NCBI GenBank assembly: GCA_958009085.1
Contig: OY253687.1
Span: forward strand, 682,001 to 746,000
Origin: Protoeuglena noctilucae
Lineage: Eukaryota
Length of the DNA stretch: 64,000 bases
Direction: 5' to 3'
Position numbers and translations under genes: made by a program
The notes under the pieces: generated by a model
What the model saw: the letters and a program-made list of their open reading frames with translations, nothing else
Told to the model about the DNA's origin: nothing
The model's database searches: none
In this document: piece after piece, positions 1 through 12,238 of the stretch
How positions within the stretch are numbered: the first letter of the stretch is position 1
How the letters are laid out: each line of letters starts with the position of its first letter

Positions 1-299
1 TTTCGCCGGCGCCTCGCATGCCCTGGCATTTCACCGCTCGCACTCCTCGTCCGGGCGCGCGAGGCCCAGGCCATTCAGTTGGCAGCAAAGACACCGTGGA
101 CTCACGCTCGGGGGCTTTGCGTGTCTACCTTGCAGGTCACGTTGCGCATCCTCCTCCTGAGGAGCGCTGACGAGGGAAAGCGAGCGCGCTGGCGAGAGCG
201 TGACACATGCAGTCCTCTGGTGCGTGCAGTGGGCGGGCTTGCTCGGGGGATCGGCCGGAGGACACCCCTTGGGCCCTGCGTGGCAAGAGGGAGGCCGCC

Positions 300-2590
300 A
301 TGGCATTTAGAGAGCCTGCCGACCCATTGTTTGGGATATTGAGTGGTCATGATGGCGGCAATGTGGCAGGCGAGTGCGCGCAACCGCGCGCGTGGGTTTT
401 GCGCCCGAAGTGCGCGTCCACCCATCGCGCTCCCCACAGCGCCCTGCGCGCTGCCGCCCGAGCCACTGGGACGCCCTATCGGTCCTGACGCAGCGGTTTA
501 TCTGTGCTAGTGGAATCGCTGTTCCGGCGTGGCCTAGCTCGCCGATCGCGCGGCATTTCTGCGACTTCCCTAAAAGGGCGCTTGCTTGCAGGGCATCGCA
601 CGGACGCCGGCCTGCTGGGCGCGACGATATCGAATGCGAAACCGGTGAGGGACCTATCGCGCCCTTCCGTGCCTTTTCTGAATCCCCCGCGCGGACGAAC
701 GGCTCAGCGCACGACGCGTGCCCCCTCGTCGTGCCCTGCAGGCCAACGCCGTCGCGCCGAGACCCTTCCCGCTCGCGGCACCGCCGTCTCTGACCATCCC
801 AGCGCCCAACCCGCCGCTGTCAGCGCTCATCCTGCAGGGTCTCCGGCAGAAAATTGCCGATTTGCCGCCACTGGACGCCCCGCGTGGGCCCGTGCCCGTC
901 CCCGCGGAGGGGCCACTAGAGGCCGTCCTGCGCCTCCTCGCAGCCGGCTGCGTTCCCCGCAGCCCCCCCGCCAGCGCCGTCGTCCCCCTGGCGCCGCCCA
1001 CCACCCTGGCCACCCTCCCGGTGCTGCCGCCCCTGCCCGGCGTGCCCCTCCCCGCCTTCTCAGGCGCCCACCTGCCCCTGGGCCTCGCCGGCGCTGCTCT
1101 CGGGCTGCAGGATATGCGGCTGCCGGTCCTCCCGGACGTGTTCGACCATCACAACCCCATCCCAATGGTGAGCCTACACAGGCGTGGCGCCGCATTGGTG
1201 GGGTCGCACAGACCGCACGCGCGTGGGTGCAGCGCGGAGAGCGCGGCCGGCGAGCGCGAGCCCGACGGACCCCTCCCGCCCGTCGCAGGCCAACCCCACC
1301 CGGGCCAAGGGTTCCCCTGCNNNNNNNNNNNNNNNNNNNNNNNNNNNNNNNNNNNNNNNNNNNNNNNNNNNNNNNNNNNNNNNNNNNNNNNNNNNNNNNN
1401 NNNNNNNNNNNNNNNNNNNNNNNNNNNNNNNNNNNNNNNNNNNNNNNNNNNNNNNNNNNNNNNNNNNNNNNNNNNNNNNNNNNNNNNNNNNNNNNNNNNN
1501 NNNNNNNNNNNNNNNNNNNNGTCCACGCGGCCCAACAGCGCGCCACGATCCGGGCCTCGGGCCGCGCCTGCCCTCTGCGCCCACCCCCGGGGACGACCAG
1601 GTGGCGCTGATGATCGCCAGCGCGAGCGGCGCCGCCGCCGCCGCCGCCGCGTGCGTCCTGGCGGTCCTGCGTGGCCAGGGCCTGGACGCCAGCATCATGG
1701 GCGCCGGACCGGGGCCGTGTTCTGCGAGACATGGCGCGGCAGAACCCGTCCGGGGTCCCGCTCCACTCGCCCACGCCCGCGCGGAGCCGCCGCGGGGCCC
1801 TGTCGCACCCCTCGGGGGCGCCCGACACACGGGGCGAACCTGGGAGGTGGCTCGAGGGATCGGACGGGGAGCGGGGGGGCCACCGGGCAGGCGGACACGG
1901 ACGCGGGCCGCGGCACGGTCGGGAGCGGCGGGTCGCTCGTCAGCAACAACGCCGCGCAGGGCGGCAGCTCCACGGCCGGCGCCGTGGCGGCGTTGCGCCC
2001 CCCGCTGCGCCCGGCGTCCGCCCCACGCCCCGCGGCTCTCCCGGCGCCCAGCCGGGGCCCACAGCTGTCCGTGCCGCACACCGAGGCCCTCGTGCAGGCG
2101 CCGGCCCTCCTGCAGCTCATGCTGAGCCAGGGCATCCCGAAGGCCATCCCTGTAAACGGCACCGCACCTGGGGCCTCGCGCCCCGCCGCGGACGCGGTCC
2201 CAGCGGCGCTGAGTCAGGCGGAGATCGCCGCGGTCGCGGGCCGCGACGGCGCACGCGGTGGTGGCCATGGCGGGCACGTTCACGATGGCGGTGAGGTCCC
2301 TGGCGCTGGCGCCGGGCGCGGCGACGCCGGGAGCGGCGGAGGGGAGCGACCCGGAGGCCCCGGCGCCCTGCATGGCGTCGTCGGGCGGCGGCAAGGCCGA
2401 GCCCGCCACGCGCCGGGGGCGGCGGTCCAGCGGGGCTGACGAGAGCGGGAAGGGCCACAGCTCCGACAAGCAGTCGTATGAGATGGACTCCCGCGGGCTT
2501 AGCACCGTCGCGCCGATGGAATTCGCGCCCTTGCCCGACCGCGCCCTGCCGCGCGCGGCGGTGCCCGGCGCCACGGCCGCGTCCCGGTGA
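300..2590 (+). CDS. Putative multi-exon Pro/Ala/Gly-rich low-complexity protein of unknown function (model incomplete, spans a gap)
   Basis: Long GC3-rich open frames at 742-1167 (ending in a GTGAG donor) and about 1600-2590. No recognisable domain. Interrupted by the N gap and apparent frame changes. Confidence 0.35.
1321..1520. other. Assembly gap (200 N)
   Basis: Run of N. Confidence 1.
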
Positions 2591-2705
2591 GAGCTGCGGG
2601 CTTTGTTTGGGCAGATGGACGATGGTCACCAGGATGAGTGACGGGGCTCGCCGGGGATGGTTGATGAATGAGGGGGGCTGGACAGGGATGGGTGGCGTTG
2701 GAGAT

Positions 2706-2787
2706 GCTCTGGAGCAATGGAGTAGGGGCGCCTTGCAGAATGACGAGCTCTGGAGCAATGGAGGAGGGGCGCCTTGCAGAATGACGA
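2706..2787. repeat. 41-bp direct tandem duplication
   Basis: gctctggagcaatggag(t/g)aggggcgccttgcagaatgacga twice, with one mismatch. Confidence 0.95.
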
Positions 2788-2914
2788 AACGTCTTCTATG
2801 CAACGATTGTGGCTCGGGACGCAGCTCACTAAAGCTCTTTGCTCTTGTCGACCTCCGCAGGGACGCCCGGCCCCTATCCCGTCCTAAGCAAGGAGAGGAG
2901 AGGCAGTGGCAGGA

Positions 2915-3130
2915 AGCGCAGGGTAGCCACTTGGGTAGCCGAGGTGAGGCGCAGAGCAACCACTTGGGCAGTGGGGGTGAGGGGCAGGGCAGCTGACGGG
3001 GCAGTCCGGGTGAGGTGCACGGCAACCGGTTGGGCAATCTGGGTGGAGGACAGGGTGAGGTGCTCGGCAGCCAGTTGGGCAGTGGGGGTGCGGCCAGGGG
3101 AGCCACCTGGGCAGTCGAGGTGAGGCGGCC
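2915..3130 (-). repeat. Degenerate ~30-bp minisatellite; translates on the minus strand as ~10-aa LTxTAQVxA repeats in a frameshifted ORF
   Basis: Recurrent 'ccacttgggcagtgggggtgagg'-like units. Peptides LTSTAQVAP, TPTAQLAAEH, LTPTAQVVAL and LTSATQVATL fall in two frames. Confidence 0.6.
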
Positions 3131-4444
3131 ACGTGCACATCCCTCGAAGTGCTGTATTACGCTTGGTCCCTCCTGCAAATCACGTAGCACAAGCACGTAG
3201 CACCCCTCGCGCTCCTGCACGTGCTTGGCATCCGCAAACGCGTGCTCGGCGTCGCTGTGGCTGCAGATGGACAGGCCGAGTTACAGGGAGACGCGGGGTC
3301 GGGGCAGGCTCCGCAAGGCCAGGTTTTGGACAGCTGCGGGAGCGACCAGAAGTCGCAGGTGAGGCGGCTGCGGGGTCTACTACAAAGTAACGGGCGAGGA
3401 GCGTGCCAGCGATCGTTGCCAGTCACCATCCATCCTGCGCGCGTCGATCGATCAAGCCCGAGCCACCCCTCGCCCACCACTGCCCTGTGCCTCAACTCTC
3501 GCTCGCGCGTCCGCCCCGCAGGTCGCCGGCCGCCCCGAGTCGGGCCTGTCGCTGGCACAGGCCACAGAGGTGGTCCCTGCGTCCCTCCCCGCGACACCGC
3601 CGGTGCTGCCCCCGCCGGTCGTCGCCACCGGCACCGCCCCTTCCTAACGCGACGTCTTTCGTGTCACTAAGGTCTGTATTGAGAAGAAACAAAAACCTTC
3701 CTGCCGGTGCCTCAGATCACGAGGCCACTCGAGCGCCCTCTCCCTTACGGAGCCCTCCCACCGCGCGAGTCGCTTCACACGTCCCGTCCCCCGTCTCACC
3801 CTGTCTCACCCTGTTTCTCGCTCGCCCCCACTAGCAGGGCAGGGCAGGAGCGCGACTCCACGTGCACGTCGATAGTGGTGCTAGATTGATGCAACGATTG
3901 CCGATCGTTTCCGGGGTATTCCTTACGAACACGCCGTGGGCGGACTGGTCATCGTGACAATCTCGACCCCGTAGCGCTCCTCGACGCTTTCTAACCTTTT
4001 TCCGCTCCTAGACCTCTTCTCCTGCGTTAGCGCCCCCTTCTCACCCCTTTGACCCCTTCCTCTGACTCCCTCCCAACCCCACTCGCGCTAACCGCAACTA
4101 CGTACCCTTTTCCAGCCCACCCACTTTGCCCGCTTCCCGCCCACTTGCCCCTTTCTCACGCCTCACTGGCGTCTCTTTTCCAGCTCTCACAGCTTTCACA
4201 GGCCAGCAGCACGCCAACTTCGCTTGAAGAGGAATTGCAGTGGACATTGGAAGGCCAGTTAGGGTCCACGACGTGTGCTGTAGACGGTCAACAGCACTTA
4301 GCACAGCACATGCACCCTCGTCACGGCCAGTGAGAGTGACAGTGACGCCTCTTAATGCAGAGATTCAACAGCACAGCACGTGCCCTCCGTCACGGCCAGC
4401 CAAAGCGCATCTCCCATGACACAGACACAGGCACCACGCATCAC

Positions 4445-6159
4445 TCACGCCGCCTTGGCCGCGGCAGTGGCCTTCTTGAGGCTGGCGACGATGGCGTCGG
4501 CGTTGTCCCGCACCCACCGCACCCTCTTAGCGTACGCGCCCGCGCGCGACGTGAGGCTTTCGATTGAGTCCTCGCCCGCCCGCGCCCGCCCGACGAAATA
4601 GACCGCGTTGGAGAGGATGCGCAGGTTGATGCAGTCGGGGACCACCGCCATCTCGTCCGCCGTCAGCTCCGCGTGCATCATGTAGCCCTGGATGAAGTCC
4701 TGCGGGGGGCAGGGTGGAGAGCAAAGGGGGATGAGAAGAGGCCATGATGCGCTACTCGTGCATGGCAGTGCACTATACTTTGTAATGATGATGTATCGTG
4801 ATCTGCTGTATCGCAACGTGCTTTGTGCTGGGCTGGGCTCGTGTACTGGGCCGGCAAGACGGCCAGGAGCTGTGACAGCACGTCGCGTGCTGTCGTGCTG
4901 CGAACAGGCCCTAACCCTGCAAGCGCCTCACCTCGACGAGGGGCAGGGGCTCCGCATCGCCCACGTACTTGGACAGGCAGACGGCGAGCTCCATGACACG
5001 CCAGTCGCGGGCAACGAACTCGAAGTCGAGGATGCCGCTGACACGGTCATCTGGCGTCGCGAGCACGTTGTCGCTGCGCAGGAAACAGAAGCAGGGTCGG
5101 CTCGCCATTGCACCCATGATGGATAAGCAAGTGCGCAGTACCTGTTGCCAAGACAGCAGTGCCACGTGCGTGACTCACTAGTGCACGTCGCCGTGGATGA
5201 GCTGCTGCGGGAGGTCCATCTCGTGCGCGCGCGACAACAGGCGGTCCTCCAGGCGCATGAGCTCCTCCAGCAGCGCGTCGGCCGCCTCACGGCACGCGTC
5301 CATGGCCGGGGACGCCATGTCCTCCATGAAGACCTCCCGGCTGCTCGCGTGGTGCACGCGGTACAGGTCGTAGTAGGGCGCGATCGGAGGCTTCATGTGG
5401 TCCACCTGCACCACAGGTGGACAGCCACGCGTCACACCAGCGCATGACAGGGTTAGACGAGCACTCAGGTGGCGTACACGGCACAGCACCTGTCGACAGG
5501 TGGCGCACTGCACGGTAACCTGGCGCGCGCTCGCCCACAGTGCCCCGCTCTCCGCCTCACACCTGGACTCGGGCCATGGCGCGCGTGAGCTCCCCCGCCG
5601 CCCGCCCGACCTCGCGGGGCGTCGTGGTGCGCGCCAGCGAGCCGGGGATCAGGAAGAAGACGCACGCGTCCGAGCCGTCCGCCAGCTGCTCGTGGTTGCG
5701 GCCGTTGCGCGACGGCAGGGCCTTGGGGACCTGGAAGCTCAGCGCCGGGCCCGCGTTGAGCTGCGCCAAGACGGCGTGCTCAAACTCGGCCTTCTCCGGC
5801 TTCCTCCCGTTGTTGTAGATGCGGAGGAGGTACTTGGTGCCGTCCGGCGTCTCGACATACTGCATGACGTTGTTGACGCCCCCGGTGGTGGCCGAGAGGG
5901 TCAGCTTGTCGGCGGGGCAGTCGGGGAAGAAGAGGCTCAGGGCCTCGGCCACGAGCTCCTCGGGGGCCGTGTGGAAGCCCGTGCGAGGAGCGGCGGGCGC
6001 CGAGGTGGCGGCGGCGGCCGCGGCGACAGAGGGCCAGGCGGGGGCGGTCGGGCGCGCCATCGGGCGCGGCTGGAGCGCGGCCGCGGTGGGGCGCGGCTGG
6101 GACGCGGCGCTGACGGAGGGATGGGACAACGCCCGGACGCTTCCGGCAATGCTAGCCAT
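4445..6159 (-). CDS. APH-family phosphotransferase, type II homoserine-kinase-like, with N-terminal organellar transit peptide (4 exons)
   Basis: GGVNN, YLLRIYN, FEHAVL, IHGDVH-x-DN (split by an intron) and GILDFEF motifs. Exons join at GT-AG junctions; TGA at 4447-4445. Confidence 0.85.
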
Positions 6160-6878
6160 CGGGGCGGCGCCTCGGGCTGGATGGACGTGCGTTCCTGCGA
6201 GCGGCTCAGAGCGATGCGCGTGTTGCGGCAATGTCTGCGCGTCAAATCCCTCCTCGCGTGCATATCCCCTCGCAGCCGGCGTCACTCGTCCCGTTGCAAT
6301 GGCGCAAAGTTGCACACGCTGCGCGGGAACGCGCAGGCGGGTCCCCTGACACAGCGGGGGAGGCGCGACGTCGAGAGTCGACTAAAAGCCACCTAGGCAT
6401 GCCTGTCTGATAACTTTGTGTCGTTTGTACGCGTCGAAGGCCACGGTGGCTCCCCGCACGGCTGCGTCGGCACACCGGCACCAATCTCACCTGCTCCTTC
6501 GAAAAGCTCGCAATCGCCTGGCCAGATAGGCGTGTTTTGTATGTGTCGTTTGTATATGTCGCGCCTTGCGATGCCGAGGAGGACGCCAGGTCTTGCAAGA
6601 ACCTACCCCACCAACACTCGACTAGATGTTCAAGAAAGACGCATTTAGGAAAACGAGACGATGCACTATGAGCCAAACGACCGCCCACACGTGCCATCAC
6701 AATGAAAGCGCATCCAGGAATCAAATCACGTGGCGACGCCACTGCGAGCGAGTGGGCCTTGTAGGTCACCTCCTGACGTCCTCCGCCATGCAATTCTCAT
6801 GAACGTGGGCGACTCTAGCATCAGTGGGTCTGGACTACATAGTCACCTCCTCCTCGCCGTCAAGAGCCGTCTGATCGG

Positions 6879-9201
6879 TTACAGGCGAAGAGTCCGCCAC
6901 TCCTCCAGCAGCTGGGTCAGGTCCGCCCCCGACAGCGCGAAGAAAACGTCCGGGACTCGCGAGACTGGGAAGCTGGCAATGATGGTCCCGAAATCGTTGC
7001 TCCCGCTCCCATGGATCACATCGAAATTCACCAGGTTCGCCACTGCGGGCAAACGTGCGTGCCTCGCTCCCCGCAAGGCCCCTGACAGCTCACTGCGAGT
7101 CTCCCTGCTGCCCGCGCGACTCACCCGTATCCTCCGCGCCGCTCGCGCTGCCCCTGGCCCCCACGCCAGCCGTGGCCCCCGGGTCCCCCGCCCAGACCAA
7201 ACGCGATGCCTCGGCCGGGCAGCAGAGGAGCACCCGCAGGAGCGCGTCCGTCCGCGAGAAGTTGGCCGGCGCGAGCCTCTCCGTCCCGTGCAGCACGCCC
7301 TGGTCGGCGTGCCACGCCACATCGATGGCCCACAGGGCCCTGCCGTCGTCGCCCCTGGCGCAGCCCGTGTCCGGGCACCGGCACTGGATGCCCAGGGCCT
7401 CCCAGCAGACGCGCGTCAGCCACTTGTAGAGCTCGACGGAGAAGGCCTGGCTCAGCCACTGGCCGGACAGCCCCTTCGGGACCGTGGCTGCAGGGGTTCG
7501 TGCATGACACATGTAACGTTGTGTCTGGTATCCTGGTATGGTGGGAACTGTTAACAGGCGATCAGTGGCAAGTCGATTTCTGGGCGTGTTGTTCTCACCG
7601 GTGGCGATGGGGAAGACCGGCAGCACCACGCGCGTGCAGTCCGGGGGGCCCGCCATCTGCTGGAGCTGCGGGCAGGGCAGGGCGCAGGCATCGAGGGTTG
7701 CCGTTGTCGCGTTGCCTACCTCTCGTGGACCGACCGTAAGCTCCCAGTTCGCATCGTAAGACTGCGAATCTCTGCCTCACCTCGACTGCTCCGAAGGCAT
7801 CCACGAGCATGGACAGGGCGGCCGGGAGCGCCACACGGTCGGAGTCCCGTACCACGGGATGCTCGCCGTACCGCAAATCAAACTCGGAAATGGATGACCT
7901 GTGAGGGTCAGGCAGCGCATGGGGGCTTTAGTCCAGTCCTGTGCTACAGGGATGGGTTAGGGATCGCTCAGCAAGACATACAAGGCGAGGTCTAGCCGGC
8001 GCCCTCACCGATAGCCGCGCATAGACATGACCCGCAGGCGGCGGTACAGGCACGCCACGAAGGCGTCCACGGTGAGCGCGACGCACTTGTCGAAAGCAGC
8101 TTCCTGCGAATGGACACGGCGCAGTGAGGCTCTGCTACACAGTGCAGTCAAGGTTGCCGCATCCGTCGCCGCAGCATGTCTTGACATCTCTCGTCACCTG
8201 GAGGCCGTGCCCGTTGCTCCAGAGCGCCTGCGCGGCCTCGATGGTTTGTCGGGAAGGAGCGTGGCCGAGCGCGTCGAAAAGGCTAGACATGAGGGTGGAA
8301 TGACGCTTGGACTGCGCGCAAGGGTCGAGACGCGTGTTCCCCGACCGCCGTGCAGCTGCGGAAGCACAGCAGTGCGCCTGCCTCTCGCTGTACCTTGTGG
8401 CGGGCGAGGTCGCGTAGTGCTTGCGAAGACAGCACGTGGCGCAACAGGGACTCGAGGTGCGCGCGAAGGGCGAGGAGGTGCAGCTTGACGGGCTCGACGG
8501 ACGCGTCCGACGGAACGCGATGCCCGAAATGGCTGGCCAGGAGCTCCCGGGCCGCAGCAGGCAGGTTGGGCGGTGACGGAGGCGATGCAGGCGCGGGCGA
8601 AGATCGGGAAACGGGGAGCGGGGGTGCATCCGAGGAAGCTGCGCTTAGCGCGACTGTCCGGCTGCGAGCGCATTGGTGGCGACGGTGTTAACTGCGTGCA
8701 AATCCCGCGTCGTGCAAAGCCCCTGTCCAAAATCCCTCCCTCGCCTCGCCTGGACAGATCGGAGCGGGTCCGCCGTCGTAATTCATCTTTCCCTGTCGAT
8801 TGGGATGGCCCTTTCTCCAGGATGCTCCGCAGGCTGCGTGAACATCATGTGGGCCCAGCGTTTGCACGCATGATCGCCCTCGCGAGCTAAGCTGCCTGCG
8901 CATCGCTCGACGCATATCTTCCTTGTCACCTGATTGACTTTCCGACGGGCGCCCTTCTCGTGAGGATCGACCCTGAGCTACGTGAGCTACCCGACACGGA
9001 CACCGTGCGCTCCCCATCCTGCTGCTGCTTGTTCTCGGCCAGATCCAGCCCCGCCGCGTCAACCAGATCCTCCAGCGGCGGCGGCGCGTCCTTCCGCGCG
9101 TGGCTCATCGAGGGCACCCGGAACAGCCATTTCGGGGTTTTGGGCGGCGCCGAGTCCTCATGGCGGAGTCTGCCGCTCCTGGACCCGTCCCTCCCTTTCA
9201 T
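6879..9201 (-). CDS. Multi-exon orphan protein; central region reminiscent of partitivirus coat protein (unverified)
   Basis: Seven exons from about 8600 to 6879 join in phase via GT-AG (...LARHK|SKRHSTLMSS...GLQ|EAAFDKC...RGYR|SSISEFDLRYGEHP...FGAVE|...). TAA at 6881-6879. The 5' start at 9201 is tentative. Confidence 0.6.
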
Positions 9202-9491
9202 CGCGTTGTAGGCCCCGTACGGCGGGGCGAGAGCCGCTTTGTGCGTTCCTGCAGGTGCAAACTCTGGCGTGGCGGAGCGCCAGCGAGGCTCACCACTCCC
9301 TAGTGGCCCAGGCTCGTCGCCGGCGCAATCCGAACGAGACCTGTGCAAACGTAATTGTGGCAGGAAGAGGCGTGCAAGCAAGTCGGTCCTCTCGTTTGAA
9401 TTGCTGAGCTACGCAATCAAATAGCTTTGCAAACTGCGCCTGGACTCGCTGGGGGAGAACGACTTAGCATTCCTCGGACGCTGGCAGGGAA

Positions 9492-10223
9492 ATGGAGGGC
9501 AGCAACCTGGGCGCGGGGGCGCAGGTGGTGCGTGTCGTGCATGGCATCGAGTCGCATGTTTTGGCCCTCCCCTGTGGTCTGCGGGGCCCCGGCCCACCTG
9601 CCGCAGCGTCACCATTGCAGTGGGAAGCAGACGCTGCGCGCGCCCCGTTCGCAGGTCATGGCATCTTGCTGCGACTACCGCTTCCCGCCCGACAACATGC
9701 TGGAAGTGTCGGAAGAAACCTTTTGGGCCACGACGGGGGGCTTCCCTCAAGAGTTTATCATCGACTTGGGCGGCGTAGCGCAGGTGGGGGTGCTTCTCAG
9801 GGCAGGCACTCGTCCTGGTCGATGGTCGAGTGTGCGCCTGGGCAAAAGTGCTTGCCCCAGCGCCCGCAGGTGGCGGCGGTGGACTTTGTCTCCATCAACG
9901 TGCGCAAGTTGTCGCTTGAGACTTGCGAGGGGGACATGCCCGACCGATGGGACGTGGTCGCGAAGCAGCTCGAGATGCCCAACATGCAGGACCGCACCCA
10001 GGTGAGTTGGGTGCGCAAGAGGGGAGGCACACCCGCCCCACATCTGCCCACGACCATGCCACGTGCGGGCGTGCGTCGATCTCTGGGCCTGCGCACCCAC
10101 ACGCAGTCGCAACGCAACTTGAAGGTGAACCGGAAGGCACGATACCTCAAGTTCACCATCATGGACGGCTGGCAGGAGTTCTGTGCCGTCAACTATGTGG
10201 GGGTGCGAGGCACCATGCAGTAG
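9492..10223 (+). CDS. IFT25: Intraflagellar transport protein 25 (HSPB11 family), 4 exons
   Basis: GAGAQV|VMAS...FPPDNML...ETFWATTGGFPQEFIIDL, VRKLSLE and ARYLKFTIMDGWQEFCAV match the IFT25 pattern. Confidence 0.9.
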   Translation: MEGSNLGAGAQVVRVVHGIESHVLALPCGLRGPGPPAAASPLQWEADAARAPFAGHGILLRLPLPARQHAGSVGRNLLGHDGGLPSRVYHRLGRRSAGGGASQGRHSSWSMVECAPGQKCLPQRPQVAAVDFVSINVRKLSLETCEGDMPDRWDVVAKQLEMPNMQDRTQVSWVRKRGGTPAPHLPTTMPRAGVRRSLGLRTHTQSQRNLKVNRKARYLKFTIMDGWQEFCAVNYVGVRGTMQ

Positions 10224-10530
10224 CTGCAGCTGGCACGGCTGGGGCAGGGCGCAAGCATGCGGTTGCACGTGAGACCCTTTGCTGGCACGGGCGCCTGGCG
10301 GGAGGACGTCACTAGGCTCGCCGTCAGGATAGCTGTACACTCACATAGATGCAAGGGCGGGGTACCGTTTGTATATCTGTCCACGTGTTGAAAGCTTTTT
10401 CTTTGGTTGCCCATCTTGTCCAGCCCTCGGACCCGCTGAAGTATCGCAATCAAGTGCTGCTGACAATAACTGTCGCATTGTGTAACCCCGGACAGCCGCA
10501 GCGCTTGAGTGACAGCTCATGCGGGGCGCC

Positions 10531-12048
10531 ATGCTCTCGGCCGGGTGCTCGCCCAGCACAAGCGGGCGACCGACCCACTCTCCTCGGCTCCTGGCGACGC
10601 TGCGGATGAGGAGGACAAGCCAAGGTCGTAAACCGTTCACCGCGTGGGCGGCGAGGCGTTTCGTCGACGCGTCGCAGGCGAGCGGCCCCAAGCGACGTTT
10701 ACGGCTGCCTGCCCGTCGCCCTGCGCACCGGAGCGTCTATAATCCTGGCCGCTCGCTCGGTGTAATGCTGAACGACATATCCAGCAAACCACAGCACGCG
10801 CAACCCGCAGGAGGAGGTGGCGGTGGCGGACCGGGGACATGTGGAGGGGGCGGAGGTGCAAACAGTGCAGTGGTTCCCGGGACACATCGCGCGCGCCGAG
10901 AGGATGTTGCGCGAGCAGCTGAAGGTCGTTGACGTTATCCTGGAGGTCCGCGACGCTCGCTGCATCCTCTCCACCGAGCACCCACAGCTCGACACGTGGG
11001 CCCACAACAAGCCGCGGCTGCTGATCATCAACCGCGTGGACATGATATCGCCGGAGGACCAGAAGCAGTGGCAGAGGTGCCCGCCGCGGCCGAGGGGGCT
11101 TTCCTGTGTTGCGGCGGCTGTATAACTGCGAGTTGCTCCGACCACACCATGGAGGCCGCCCTTGTGGAGCTTTGCGCGCCCCGTTTCCTCCGCAGGTACT
11201 TCGACCGCCAGCGGCTGAGCGTGTTCTGGACGGTGGGCCAGTCCGGCGACGGCGTCGCTGGCGTCCAGCGCGCGTGCCGCCGCATCGCGTCCGACATCAA
11301 CGAGCGCCGCTCCCGCCGGGGCCTGCGCGCGCGCTCCGTGCGTGCCGTCGCGATCGGCTTCCCGAACGTCGGCAAGTCCGCGCTGCTCAACCGCCTGGCG
11401 GGCCGCAAGGTGTACGACAGCGCACCCAAGCCCGGCGTCACGCGCTCGCTGAAATGGGTCCGGGTGGACGATGGGGTCGACCTCCTCGATGCCCCGGGCG
11501 TCCTGCCGATGCGATTCGACGACCAGGTCGCCGCCGTCAGGCTCTGCATGGTCAACAACATCGGGGAGGCGTCGTACGTGCCATCGCGGGTGAGGGGCTG
11601 AGCAAGGGGCCACAATGCTCGTATATTCCCGTGCGAGTCGTGCATCTCATCGCGTCGTTCCGTGGATCCCCAGGTGGCTGCGGCGCTTGTGGCGAGGCTC
11701 CGGGCGCTCCCGGCTTACGACGCCTGCCTCCGCCCCGCGATGTGCCGGCGGTGGGGCATTCCCGAGGACGCCATCGACGGCATGACGGCCGAAGAGGTGA
11801 GGAGTGGTGAATGATGGGTTGGGCCAATGGCGGGCTTGGCGTATAGACGGGTGCGCATTGCGCGCTGTGGATCTTTGGCACACGCACGCATGCCATCTCC
11901 TGGCCCGCAACGGCTCCCGCAGGTCGTCCGAGCCGCGTCTCAGTCGCTCTTTCTCGGAGACATCGAGAAGGGCGCCGTGCGCGTTCTGAAGGACTTCCGA
12001 ACGCTGTCGTTGGGGCCTGTCGCGCTGGAGGCGCCACCTCTAAGTTGA
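10531..12048 (+). CDS. RbgA: Plastid ribosome-biogenesis circularly permuted GTPase (RbgA/YlqF family)
   Basis: QWFPGHI, VDVILEVRDAR, IINRVD, GFPNVGKSALLNRL, PGVTR, LLDAPGVL. First intron (10678-10810) is GC-AG. Confidence 0.9.
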
Positions 12049-12238
12049 ACAAGCTTGCGTGGAAAGCGTGACTGAGGCAGCAGGGCTGGGACGCGAAAAC
12101 AAGCCGCTTTTAAACAGCATCATGACCGATGCGCCAAGCCTGCTTCAGAATCAATGGTCGTTGACATGCAGTTGCAGAAGTCTGTACATTGCCACTGCAA
12201 AGGCAGTCGTTCGGCAACACAGATTGTGCGCCAGTAGG

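Noticed and set aside
2915..3130. CRISPR-like array
   Set aside because: Degenerate tandem units without unique spacers, no cas genes, eukaryotic context.
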